From Tubiluchus corallicola (Eukaryota; Animalia; Priapulida): a stretch of DNA of 64,000 nucleotides. Below the pieces are notes generated by a model. It was not told where the DNA came from. It searched no databases and saw only the letters and a program-made list of their open reading frames with translations. Position 1 is the stretch's first letter. Every line of letters starts with the position of its first letter. The position numbers were made by a program, and so were the translations under genes. The stretch is taken from the NCBI GenBank assembly GCA_030141605.1, contig JAQGDQ010000010.1:1426001-1490000 (forward strand), written 5' to 3'. Positions 22,291 to 56,587 of this stretch are shown piece after piece.

Positions 22291-25200
22291 ATTGATATTA
22301 GTTATCGACTGAGTTTGACTTTTTTCGGAGGACTCGTGCAACATGTTGCACATGTTGACCGTGTGAGCGCAACTTACAAGGGCTTTACAAAGCTATCATG
22401 GTAATTCGAATGACAATATTTGATAATGTTAACAAAATTTATGGAACAGTTTATGCGATCATTCCAAAGCCAAACTTAGTTTGCAGTAAGTCAACCAAAA
22501 TTAGCAAAGGTTTTATTTTAGCTGCATGCAAAATTCCTTCAAGAGGACAGATTCCTAAAAAACTGTCTTCGAAGTTTAGTTGTTCAAATTTATTTTGGTC
22601 AGGATCAAGCCTTTAAGCGCGTGTCGCCAATAAACAAGAAAATGTGTTCTGTCCCAAGCGTCTGTTCAGTTCTATTCTAAATGTGCAGGATGTATATTGG
22701 ACTAGACGAACAAACGCACGCACTGACATATGCATACATACACACACCTTAAGAAAGACATATTCTTCAAACAATTAGCTTGTGTGCAAATTTATTGAAT
22801 GACACCCTGAAAATTCTACGCCAGCCAGAAAACGCTGCACGCGCTCACGCACCTTCACGACACGTCTGCCTTGCACACGCACACACTCACTACCTCGATT
22901 CTCTGCTTCACATGCCAGTTCTGACGAACGAGTTTGCAATCAGGTAAGCTGGCAATAATCGTTATACGTAATTATAGGCCTGCTGACCTAAACAACCTGT
23001 GACTTCACCGGCCGTATCGACCGTCCATACAGTACAGACGTTACATGGGACACGTATAAAATATTCCTAATCTTCTTGCTCATATCCCATGCTGGCGGGA
23101 TAGCCAGGCATCAATAACATAAGCCTAGTGTATTACGTCAGAAAAGAGCTTGTTAGTAATCGTAATTATATGAAATCTATGGAGGCATTATTCTGCATAA
23201 TCTGCACAGCTTCCTGCTACCCGCCTGCAAAATTTTTTAGGTTAATTAATATTTTCGGGTTATGAGCTTGAGTTATCTAAAAGAGAAATTAATTTACAAG
23301 CTGATAAATTTCACTGCTAGTGCATTGTGAAAAGGTCAAAATGCTACAACGTTCAGAAAAAAGACAAAAAATTATGAACGTTATTAAGGTTGTACACACA
23401 CGCCTGCTAACAAAACAAATAACAAAATTTTAGTAATCACTTAAACAAATTACAATTAAAAGAACAAAAACTACAGAAAATAATCAAAAAATATACAAAG
23501 CTCGTTGTGTATACGACTTTACTACAATCAAAACTACGTTAACAAAACTGATGTACTAGTAGCTGACGAAACTAATTAGGTAATTCTAATTTAAAGTAGG
23601 TAAGATACGGTCAATCAGACCACGTATGTACGTAGTATGCCCTATCATCAGGTCCTGGCCTGCACAATTTTGACGAAAAACTAGAAAAATAGAAAAACGA
23701 CGAAATAATTTTTAACAAAAACACACATTTGGTTCCTCAAAGTCACCGCTTTTTTGGCTAAATACATGAAAGCTTTATCGCACGATTTGACAGTGTTTAA
23801 CATCATGTCGCTAGAATTTCTGTGACATCAGTTAAGCATCCCGTTTGCAAAAAATTATGCAAGGTGCTAGAGACAGCAGCTGTTGCCACCATGGCTAATG
23901 ACTGTTTCTCTGCCCATATATGCATTAAGCATAAAAGCCCGTTTTGATACATACGAGATCAGGTTGATGGGGAGGCATATTCATAGGGGTAACCCACATG
24001 CAATGAACATCTCTCTCTCACACACTCACTCACTCACTCACTCACTCATTCACTTTCTCTCTCTCCCTCTCTCTCCGTCTCTATTCTTTTTCTTTCCCTC
24101 TACCTTTTCGTCTTTTCCCTCTCTTTCTCTGGTTTATTTTCTGCAAGCAAGTTTTAAACAGGCTGCAACGTTGCTGGCAGATTTATCCCGCATTGCGTGC
24201 GGAAGCACAGAGTCGTGTAACTTTCTTGAAGGCGCCGTAGCGACCGAATCAATAATAGGTGAGATATACAAGATAACTGGATACTGAAGATAGGCTCACC
24301 ACGGTGTTAAAACTATCCTCACCTGACTATAATAAACGCAGTATTGTATCTTTCTGTTTGGTGCGGCTCGAAAAGACAGTTTATATGCTTAAAATTAAAT
24401 TGCATTTCGAAATGTAAGTAAGTAAGTTTATTTTACGTCGATTTTCATTACGTGCAAAGAACATTAGTCCACAATCGGCCAAAAATTATAACGACCACAA
24501 ATGTGCTGTTAATTAATAGATTAGTACTCGAAAGAATTATTTGTTCTTTGTTAAAATGATAAAAAATCTGAGTTCAACCGGGAGTGAATTCAAGGTTAAC
24601 AGCAGATCAGGCGTGCTTACAGGTACATTATTCTGGCTTCAGTGTCTATCTGTTTTGTTGTAAGTGACCTGTCCTATTTTTCATTGATTAATATTTAACA
24701 AAGCTGTTTTTTCGGCGAAAATAACTGCGTTTAAGAGGTTGTTATTTTATAACTCATCAACAAACCAACCAACCAATCCAAAAAATAATAACAAGTAAAC
24801 AGTCGAACACACAAACAAGTCATTACAAAATTCGAAGTAAAGGAACAGAACTTTTTAAGTTAATTTAATCCTTGTTTTGCTGTACTTCTTGTTACTTTCC
24901 TTTACTAATCTTTGTAATCTAACGCTCCAGGCGCAGCCACTTGCTAAAGAGACATTGTGGCTGTGCATATTAAATTACAGATGTTTTCAAAGTTTGCATG
25001 AAAGTTTCCAAATTACAAGCACCACGTATATCTTTCTTAAAGTAAGCGTTATTTTTTTCATAAGACTGTTTCCAAACTTCCCATTATGATTTTCCCAGAC
25101 TTTGGGCTTTTGAAAGTATAGTAATTAAATCAGTCGGTTAATGAACACTTTGAAGCAGGTTTGCAGTGTCTGTACAGTGCACAAGAGCTTGTTTTACAAT

Positions 25201-27672
25201 AGACATCGGGAAATGACAAAACACTACAATAACGCTTGGCTTCGTTGCAGCGCTGTCCTCTTGGATTTGCAAATTCCGTGCAAATTTCGGCTTTAATCAC
25301 GTGACGCTTAACACACACATGCACTGTGACACAATTTCTTATTTTGCTGTTGTTAACTTGTTATAAAATTATGTCATTGTGGTTGTTTACGAGCCCAGTT
25401 GCTCTGTTTTCTGACTAAATTTTGTAGTCTCGTTTATTTCATAAAATTACAAGACAATAATCCGAATAGAGGCGAAAAAGATACGGAAGAGCCTTTAATT
25501 AGCAACCTTGCTCGCTTTACAAAATAGTAACGCATTATAGAATTTACGAAATAGCGAATTATAATTATTAGTAACTTTTTTGTAGGCACAAACTCATCGT
25601 CTTTTAAGTGATTAACTTGATTAACATGTACAGTGAAAGTTCTAATTAGTCCAATTAGACAAACAATGTTTTCTTACTGTTTTCTTTTCTTTATTATTGT
25701 CTTCATTTTTTAATCTTCGTCGGTTTTCCTTTTTATATTACTTCTTTATCATAATTATGTCATATCTATGAACTTCTTTTACTCATTTCTATCCAAATCT
25801 TACATCATATTGACTTAGAATTAGACATTCGTTTTGTTTTGCTTTTATTTGTTTTTGTTTTGTTTTTTTCACTCTTTCTTATTGAGAACTCATTTTTGTT
25901 TCGTTTTTGTAATCTTCTTACTCAACAATCGCTTTTTTCCGTTCCGTTTATGTTATCTTTTGATTTCCAAGTGAATATTTTCTAGCCATCCCATTTAATT
26001 TTCCTATAAACTTATTCATATTTTTCACCAAACTAGATCCCTCTCTATTTTCCATCTTTTCCTTTCCAAAAAAAGAGAAAACAGAGAGAAAAAAGAAAAT
26101 ATCCACACCCATATAGATGGAGCATGCTACCTCCTGTCACACATCAACAATCATTAATCAATTAAGTAATAACTTCTACTGAGAACTTTTCTTACCTGTA
26201 ATTAACAAACGGTCTAGGTGAATCGTCCACGGGGTTAAGTCGTCTTTTTTCTTATAAACCTCCAAGCCTACTGGTAGTTGTGTCTAGTTTACCAATGACT
26301 CCATAAAGTACTCCACAGGCGGGTATATGTGCACGTATAGCATCATCATTATCCCGGGTCGATACGTGAGACCACAGCAGCCGGTCGCAACAGCGCATGC
26401 GTTGTGCACCTTATTAGGCATCTTTGGGACGCCATGGCAACGGAAAGGTGTTGCAATATGCGGGACGGTGGGTAGGTTAGCTGAAGCCACTACAAGGTAA
26501 GGCAGCTGATAAGCGTCCTAATGGAGACCTAGCTTGCAAGCTGAGCGCCTGTTGATGCCCAAGCTAAAAGCTCTTAGCAACTTGCTAGCTGCGAGGCACA
26601 AATATGAAGCCAATCGAGTTTATTTACCAGAGATGTGAGTCTAATGGTGAAGTACGTCAGCAGAGCTAGGAGTCAAAATATGTGTTATTCTTAGTAAGAT
26701 TTAATTATTACCTTTTCCAAAAGATATCGTTTAATTGAAATTCGTAGACTGAAGAAAACTTTAATACTTACTTAATATGTAGGCCTCATTATGACATTAA
26801 ATTATAATTGCTATAGCTGTTTTTTCTCTATGACAAAACAGACGTTTTTTTCTAGATATAGCCCGTTTTTTATTATTGTTAAGACAACTATTCAAAGTTG
26901 TTTGCCACTTCTCCTTACTCACAAAACTACATAAACGGTTAGAACATAATTTTGTTAGAATCGCATTTTCTATTGATTTAGACTAATAAAAGGCAATAAT
27001 TCAAAGCAAAATTGTTGAAACAAGTAATGACAACAAGTAACATTGTAATAACTATTAGTTGCACAATAAGAGTAACCAGCTTTCCTTCGTGGGTTCATTG
27101 TTTTAAGGTTCGTTTGTTAATTTAGGTGTTTATTTTCTTGGTTATGATTTGCTTGCTTTTGCCTTGTATTTATCGATTTGTTTGCCTATTTGCTCTCTTC
27201 GTTTGTTGTTTGTTCGCTCATTCGTCGTTTATTCATTATTGTTGTTTATCTGTTCTGCCTCTCCATCCGTTGTTTGTTTCTTTGTATGCTTGCTGGCTGC
27301 TTGTTCGGCTGTTTATTTGCTTTTTTGTTTGTTTGTTTGTTTGTTTTCTTTGCTTCTAACTTGCTTACTTTTTTAATTGTTATTTTTTGTTTGCCCTCTA
27401 TACAGCTTTGTCATTTTCTTTATTTGCAAGGTTTGTAATGTGCAACATCGTAACGTTACCCCATAATTTTTGTTTTTATGGACTGCAACCTTGGAGAAAA
27501 TGCAATCTAACATTGCTGCGTTTCAAATAAACCAGCCTATTTGACTAAGATGCAAAGCATGTGCACCTGATTTACTTACCTTTACTTAAGGTCTGTGGCT
27601 TCAGGCTCCAGAGGTGAAATCCGCGTCGATACGTATGTGACATACATGCATACAATGCGGCTTGGGCTGGGA

Positions 27673-27692
27673 CAGATGGTTGCTATGACAAC
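27673..27692. promoter_or_regulatory. E-box CAGATG abutting X-box-like GTTGCTATGACAAC upstream of the NOL4-like gene
   Basis: Motif match only. It lies about 100 bp upstream (minus strand) of a strong donor AAG|GTAAGT at 27580/27579. Confidence 0.35.
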
Positions 27693-28858
27693 GCAACATA
27701 GGTAACATGTGCGTAACTTACCCAAGAAAGTAATCAACGTGGAACGTAGAAAATTTGGATTTCAAAATAATGCGTAATCGATGACCAGTGTGCTTGCTTG
27801 TGTAGTAATACTGTAGTTCAACGCAGCTTGACTGGTTGACATGCATGCTTCGGATACGTCGCAAATAAAGGTTATGAAAAAATTACAGTCTGGAGTAGTT
27901 TAGATACAAAACGTTCAGAACCATTCGAACAAGTAGATCTCTCTTCTCTTCTTAATTAGAACTTAAATTTTTATTTACATATTGTGAAATGGAAACAATG
28001 TGTTTGAAACAACAACATTGAAACAAACACCCACGCCACACGACGGCAGGTGTCTGATTTCTATAAACATGATATATAATTTTATATGCTACGCGCCTGT
28101 CAGATAATGGACGGTTTTGTGTGGTGATGTTATTGAAAGATGATTTTGGCCCTTTTTCAGCGTTGCAATGACGTAAAACGAAAACGATCGTCTCGCTACT
28201 AATTCCTATAACTTAATCTGTCGGGAATGTTGCACGTCTGGACGTTTTCAACCAAATATTATATCTTTCAAAAATATGGATTCCAAATATGGGGCAACCG
28301 TACCCTTACCAAAAATTCGACCAAAGGGCGAACATAAGTTATATGTATATATAAGACTATGACTTATTTGTGCTCGTGATGCAATCACATCAAATACACA
28401 AACAGATCAACAAGAAAAATAACATTAATCAGCCAGATTAGTAGCAATGTGAATACATACAATTAAGTGAGAGTATGAAATGTTAGTATGGCGTACAAGT
28501 CATTCCTGTAAAAAAATCAAAACAATTACGTTCTTAGAGCCCATTTAACTTCTTGATATTTACAGTCCGCATTTGTTCTTTCCTAGCATTTCCTCTTACA
28601 TCTAGTGCACACGAAAAAACTTTAGAAAGAAAACTTTCATTTGTGTAAAAAGTTTTGTACTCATTACAAATAGATAATAAATTATAACCATTATAGAAGA
28701 TGCATGAAATCGAGAATTATATGCAAAGAAGTTGGATTTGTGATTTTCACTATAAAAGCGACAATGGTAAAATTTAACAAATCGTTTCTGTAACTGTTTA
28801 AGTGGGGAACAATATCACATATAAAAGGAAGACAGTATCTGTGTGGTCTAAACGCCAA

Positions 28859-29029
28859 ATTCTAAAGTTTTCTTCCTGCAATATTCCAAGCTGTACTTAA
28901 TTTGAAAATTTTACTATCGAGTTTCCAGGTTTGACTTTCGTAGTAACACTGAAGTCAAACCTGGAAACCCGAAAGTAAAATTTCTAAATTAACTACAGCT
29001 TGGAATATTGCAGTAAGAAACTTTGGAAT
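28859..29029. repeat. Near-perfect inverted repeat (about 80-bp arms, about 11-nt loop)
   Basis: CTGCAATATTCCAAGCTGTA...GTTTCCAGGTTTGACTT pairs with AAGTCAAACCTGGAAAC...TACAGCTTGGAATATTGCAG. Confidence 0.92.
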
Positions 29030-29685
29030 ATAACATGCAAGAGCTCATGTGCATCCTTGAAGTTCTGAACTTCTATCAAAGTCAATGCGGAACTTTTTAG
29101 GCATGAGCCGCCGATATTTGTGCATGCATTTTATGAAAATGCTTGAGTCAGAGTAAAAGAATTTGTAAAACATGGTAAAACGTTACAAATGTCTCGTTAA
29201 TTGAAAAGCCATTGAATAATACACTCACTAAAGCTAAACAAAAGAATATCGAGGCCTTCAAAATTGTGACTTGTAAAAGGAATATGTTTAAATCATCACA
29301 GTTTACTTCTATTATTGCTTCTACTTCCGTTGTTTACATATGATAGAGATGTCGAGAAACTGGCAACGGATTTACTTTTTAAATAAAGGTTTTAAAGAGT
29401 TCTAACATAGAATGGGTGCAGCGAAAACAAATTTTGTGGTTGTAACACAAGCATTCAGACGGCAGGCCTCATTGCTCTTCATTGTGAAATAGTATTAAAT
29501 TTGAAATATTTTTTGCCAACATTTAATCTGAACAAAATTTGCCCCTTTTAGGAATAAAAATGTTTTAGAAGCATTAAATGTGATATATGGTGTATAAAAT
29601 TTGTGGCAGAAGTTGTGGCAAATGTTAAAATGCATTACAGTATTGCTGACAGATATACGTAAATCTGTCATTATTATGATAAACT

Positions 29686-29874
<189 letters not shown>

Positions 29875-30849
29875 TAAACTTGTTAGTTAGATTCTTGAAC
29901 AAAAACAGGCAGCAAAACATTACTATTGGGACTAATGGTTGTCTAAAGAGCTTTCGTTATATTTCTTAAAAATTTACTAAGAATTATTAGTGTTTACATT
30001 AGGAACCAACTGACAAATGGCAAGTTAACATTTTAGTTGCATCAAACCTTCATACACTTTTCTAAAGCAAGAACGAGAGCTCTTTGAAGAAATGTTCGGA
30101 CAATTATATTCATCAACGGTTCACATATTAATCTGATAAATTAAATGATTATTTAATTATAATAATTGTTGTGTGGAATTTGTTTGTTATCTCTAAACAA
30201 GTAGGCAAAAGCCTACAGAACTCATAGCGTGGTTTCTTTTAATACAATGACCATGATGTTTATATTAAACCGATAAGGTTTTAAGCAAATATTCAGATAA
30301 TTTTACATATGTTTATTTTCGAAAAATTCTTAACCCGAACAATGCTCAAAGAGTAGCCATTGCTTTTTTTATTCTCAATACTACAATTTTACCTATTTAC
30401 TACTTGCGTATTCGTGTTATTTCTGCACAAGCCAAGACAAATCGCGTACTGGGAAATTACTCCACTAATCTCGTTACGCTGTGCTTGAATGTGTTAAACG
30501 ATACTCACATTGACACTGAAAATACCAGGTTGTTTTTATTATTGGATTCATGTATATGGAATAGCAAAAATCCTATGGTTGCTAGAACTTGCAAAAAGTT
30601 ACGAGAACCTGGAATGATTTTAAAAACCGCTTACTAATAAAATACGTATCATTGTCTAACTAGAATGCTCCAGTAAGTCAACAACAGATGGCGCCACCTA
30701 CCTATCATTGAACATCCTAACAATTATATCACGACGTCAAAAACTGCAATATTTTTCCAGTGAAATAATTTTAATGGACCACCGCCCAATTTAAAAAACT
30801 CTTTTAGTCTTTGATAGCACGTTTCGGCACTCTGAGTTAATATGCACAC

Positions 30850-31255
30850 AAATCTGACGGAGTGACAAATTGAAAGTTACCTATAATAAGTGTATGAGAA
30901 AGCCATTTTTTATTGCCCCAATGCCCTTCGATTGCAGGGCTAGTCAAATGTATGTCAACATGCCAATTTATTACTTTGACGTGGTCAAATCGAAAGCTGT
31001 TTATTCTTTTAAAAATCTTTTAGATCGCTCTAGTAATATCTTAATACAATGTATTTTAAATTCTGGCATCAGTATGAAATCTTGTATTTTTAACAAATGG
31101 AGAACATTTTTATTTGTAAATGCGTAAACATGCCAATATATATTACATATTGTGAATAAGTTTTTAAGTTAGTTTTTAGTAGTGTTTTATCCTTGTATTT
31201 ATTTATTTATTTATTTGTGTTTTTTGTACTAGTTTCCGAAATAGATGAATAATTC
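30850..31255 (+). mobile_element. 3' fragment of an RTE-X-like LINE
   Basis: KLKVTYNKCMR...DCRASQMYVN...FDVVKSKAVYSFKNLLDRSSNILIQCILNS...KWR resembles the recalled RTE-X ORF2 C-terminus; a T-rich 3'UTR follows. Confidence 0.65.
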
Positions 31256-31936
31256 AAATTAAAATTCAAACTAAATTCACAAAATAAATGCCTAATCATC
31301 TTTATACAGTAATGAGAGTAGCCACAAAACTGTAATTCCTCATGTATAGATAGTTGACAACCCAAATCTGTCCAAAATGCAAAATGACTTTACCTAAGCA
31401 TATAATTATGTTTCGAGAATTAAAATTAACTAACACCGGTGTGTACAGGGTATATCATCGAAGATGCTTAAATTGAATAATTGAACTTAAGAGTAACCGT
31501 GTACATAAATGTACTAAGCCTAGGTTGGACAAAGTTATGCAAACTACAAAATTCATGCAGACTATTGGTTTTACAGTTTTCTCTGTAAGTTGAGCTTGAT
31601 AATAATAATTTGATTTTGTACAATAGCGTGCAAATCTGTCTTAGGAAATAAATGATAAACGAGTGTTAAAATGAAGATAAAGATAAATGGAAAGGTAAAA
31701 TGAATGTCCGCAGTCCACAATGGTTCCTTGATGTGGTTTTGTCTACGTGACTTGCATTTCCTTGCAAAAGAAATACAGCAAATGTAACGCCTATTTTGCC
31801 CGAATAAAGAAAGTGACGAGTGCATGGAAACCGCCTGGCAAATATTTACCAATAAGCAACGCTTGACCATGGTAAAAATGCTGAGTCACGATAACTCCGT
31901 TCAGCCGTTGTATTGACATGCAGTAACACACATTCG

Positions 31937-31996
31937 ATGCTGCCTCAGCAACGGCTTGGTACCTGTGCTGCTGCTATTCTCTCTCATCTGCACCAT
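31937..31996 (+). CDS. Candidate upstream AKR exon (5'UTR or 20-aa N-terminal extension MLPQQRLGTCAAAILSHLHH)
   Basis: Donor CAT|GTAAGT at 31996/31997. The ATG at 31937 is in frame with the 33084 exon, which has a splice acceptor and so needs an upstream exon. Confidence 0.5.
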
Positions 31997-33098
31997 GTAA
32001 GTTAATTAGCTAATTAGATTTTTGAAAGAGTATAGCATTCACATAGTACATAATTTTGTTAGTTTTACCTGTTCATAAATTGACACATTGTGTAGTTAGA
32101 GCGTTGTATGTAAACATCGTCATAACAGCGATATAGGTAAATGAGAATGATTGTATATTTATGTTTATAAGTAAGCTTTAACTTAGTAATATTGTTTAGT
32201 TTATATAAGACGTATTGCGGTATCTCAAACTCGGCTGTTTAACCTTGCTGTCTCAACGTATAAATACTTGAAGATGTACATATTTTTTGCATTTGTACAT
32301 GTGTGCAAAGAACGCTACTGCGAATACGGACGTGTTATTTAAAAAGCCACCTACGGCTGACGTTAAAGTAATGATGTGCGTAAAAATTGCTGCTAATATT
32401 GTAATTTATAAATGATTTAATATTGGCTCATTATAAGTTGCCAATATTAGCTAGAGCTCTAAGTTGTAATGTCAATTCAAGTAGAGCTAATTATAACTAT
32501 GCAAACTCATTTTTAAAACTTTCATTTGAACTTAATTGCTAACTTCCTACTGACTGATTAGAGCATTTAACGTGTAAATTTTCTTAAGAAATTGAGTAAA
32601 CGAAACAGTCGTGTTTTTTCAAAATTTAAATTGACATTATATATTATTGTCATTTGTAGTAGCTTATTTTTTCGAGCCCATTCATGCGTGAGTAATATAT
32701 GTACTACTTAAAAGTACGCAATAGAATAATCGTACACTTAATTCCTTTATTCGAAGCAAAAACATGTCAACTGTGAACGTATGTCTACTGCAATAGTTTG
32801 CTTTTCTCCCAAAGCTGCTTCTTTGTGGAAATCTATATTAGCATCATATTCATTATCTTCCCAGCGTAGTCTATTCTATTCTTGTTCCATTCAAATTAAC
32901 ATTAACAGCTTTAATCTAACAAATCGCAATCTAATAATGCATTACACACGTTGGGCCAATAATATAAGCTTATAACAGCAGCTAACACTTACAGATGTGA
33001 GTTTATAGTAATACAGTCACAGCTTGAATAGATGTCAGGCTGTCTGCCAAGATTTGAATGTTAATTACGATTCTCACTTTCAGAATTCCCGTATCATC

Positions 33099-41245
<8,147 letters not shown>

Positions 41246-41708
41246 GCATCAAATCAGAATTGGAGCACCTGAAAAATGTTGCTGTTGCTGTTGCTGTTGC
41301 TGTTGTCGTTGTTATTGCGTTTAATATGCAACGTTTTGCAACCATCGTTTATCTTATTTGATTACAACCATTACTATCGGGACTGTTGTAGATTATTCTA
41401 AATTCAAGGTGATATACAAAGCTGTGCCATAGAAAGATCCTATAGTTTCTCTAAATTGTGATTTTTAATGCGTGTCATTTTCAGACTACATTCTGTCAGC
41501 ATTAACATTAATTTCATTTAGATGTGTTTTGTTTTAACTATATGAATGCTGTATTTTAAGTATTGTATTCCAGCATAATAATTGTTATGTGAATACTTAT
41601 TTACCATTGTGATCCTGTCGTAATGTGAGGTTTGAGAACAATCTGCCTTTCAAATACAAAAGCTTTTAACATCGCGTCAAGAAAACTGCCAACATTGCTC
41701 TTAAGAAT

Positions 41709-41754
41709 CTTCTTCTTCCCAGCTTTTCCCTATGCGGGGTCGCCGTTTAAAAAA
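41709..41754 (-). mobile_element. 46-bp RTE-type LINE 3'-end insertion with an 18-bp TSD
   Basis: AACATTGCTCTTAAGAAT is exactly repeated at 41691-41708 and 41755-41772. The insert reads GGCGACCCCGCATAGGGAAAAGCTGGGAAGAAGAAG on the minus strand. Confidence 0.85.
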
Positions 41755-44136
41755 AACATTGCTCTTAAGAATAACTTACATTAATAGTCAACGCCTCGAG
41801 CCCCTAGTCTCTTTAGTTTTACCGTGCCCCACACTCACAGTCATTCCAACTAAATGAGTAAAGGATCCTAACGTTATAAAATTGTCTTATCCAACATCAG
41901 TGACGGCTAATCAAGTTGTTAAACCAATACCATATTTAACATGAGAACTATTATTATAGATATATTAAAATATATATTTAGATCAAAGGTAAAAATTATT
42001 TTCTTTTCCTTTAAGTTTAAATGAATCAGAAGGACTTTTTGCCAACATCTGTGCTGTATGTCTTGTTTAACATCTTCTGTAAAGAAGAGTAAGTCATTCT
42101 GTAAGAGAATAGTCATTTACAAAAGACTTTTATTAAACAAATAAAAGTTAGTGTAGATTTAAAAGTACTGAACAATAAACTATATAGCCATTTTATGACC
42201 AAAGCTTATTTTAACTTGTAACACAAAATATACCTATAATAACCACCAAAGTTTTTCATTCGTTTAAATACTAATTAAGGAATTATTATTGGTGTCCGAG
42301 CACAACGTATCTGAGAAATAGGCGTTGTTGCCCGTTTAAGTAAAAACTGCTGACTTAAGTAAAAATTTCAAAAACAAACAAATTACGAGGTAATCTTTAA
42401 CGGTACGTTATTCTTAGCAAACAATATTTGTGTTAAAATTATTTTAGGTGCTCAATTTGAGCAAATCTGTCTAATTGGCTTAAAACCGGCCCTGTGTACA
42501 TATCATATATATCAAAGGAACGATTGGATTGTTTTCATAAATGACGCATTAGTAACTCCGTAATTTTGTTAAGTCCACGAGAAATAATATCATATAATAT
42601 GACGAAAAACATTGCTAGTCCACGACGTTGAGCTCTTTTGCTGCGATCTTTTCAAAACGCAGCAATTTTAATTCGGTAGAAATGCAAAAAATGCATTATT
42701 AAAAAGTACATAATTTTCAGGGATGGAAAAGCAGGCGATCAGTCATCGCACGTAACGTTTAGAAGTCTGAATTACAGCAAATAAAATTTTCATTTTTCTA
42801 ATGGAATATCTTATGTGAATTTAACATTACTCTTTTGTAGGTGTCACTATTTAATTTAGTTTTTGCCAAAATAATTAATGAGAATGACATCGTTTATTTA
42901 GTTAATGCCGAATTCAGCACAAGTTGAAAATGTTGTGTCCTGATGAAACTGCACCACATTTGAAATCTTTATTCCGTCTAACAAACAAGAGACAGGAATT
43001 CAACGTACTAAGTGCAATGAATATTCTTGTGTTTTCAATACCATATTGTATAGACAATAAACACTCTTTCCTTATGAAAGTAATGTTGTGAGAGTTAAGT
43101 AATACTGTCAAAAGCACCTGGTAAATGCCTGCAGCTCTTTTAATATGGAGATGACATCATGCTGCAAATTTGAAACAAGCGTTAGGAGAGAAACGAAATG
43201 CCAAGGAATGCCGTGTAAATTCTTGATCAAATTTACAAACAGCTCGCGCTGTTCAATGTATTAAGTTCTTTCTTTGTAGAAAACACCACTTCGTAATTTA
43301 AAAAAAAATCACTAAACACTGTCCATGACATTCAATTCTTTTTAATACATCTAATACTCGGCGCATGTAATTACAACTCTGTGATTCAATACTTCATTTT
43401 TTTTCGATTCCGTTATTATTAACCTAAATTTTTGCCTTTTAAGGTTTAAGTGGTAGTTGCTGAAACGTTATTAGAAGAAAAGTCAGTAATTAGTAGAGTG
43501 GATTGCAATAAAAAGCATAAAGAATATAGCCTATGATATTATATAGCATTGACAAAATAGATCAATTACATGATAAGTTGCAATATTCAAAACGTTAATT
43601 TAATGGGTCATTGGAACAAAATTCAAACTGTGTAATACTGAACAAATTTTACGTAATTTTGCGATAAACATTTGATTACACATTTGTCAATAAATGTTGC
43701 ACATCTGATTAGGTCATAATATTTATAATATTTTCAACATGTTTTGCGACATATTAGCGACAATATAAATTTTGCCAAAAATCTGAAAAGAATTAAGGTT
43801 AAATATACTGATGAATTTGGGACCAGCTAATAATAACAATGAAAGTGTAATCTGCTCAAAATAATAACAATAATGGTGGTAAATAAATAGATAAATTATA
43901 AATGTACAATTATGATTAATAATTATTACGTTATCGCCATTGATGGTAGGCAAGTCAATGTTACAAGAATGAGACAATAGTGACAATGATGAAACAAATG
44001 ACAATGATAACAATGAGTGTGAACCTATTATAGACTAAATATTTTATATTTTACATAATAATTTAAGCTACTAACAGCACATTGAGCAACAACAATACGT
44101 AATTCTAAAAAAAACAGCCGTTAGGTGTCACATATG

Positions 44137-56587
<12,451 letters not shown>

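Noticed and set aside
22336-22357. Palindrome GTGCAACATGTTGCAC plus ATGTTG as a p53 response element
   Set aside because: The CATG cores are 9 rather than 10 bp apart and the purine flanks do not fit the consensus.
27126-27438. Hydrophobic ORFs resembling membrane proteins
   Set aside because: Low-complexity (TTGT/TTGC) sequence open in all three frames.
31946-31996. Signal-peptide-like frame LSNGLVPVLLLFSLICT
   Set aside because: No in-frame ATG before an upstream stop, and it would splice out of frame with the AKR.
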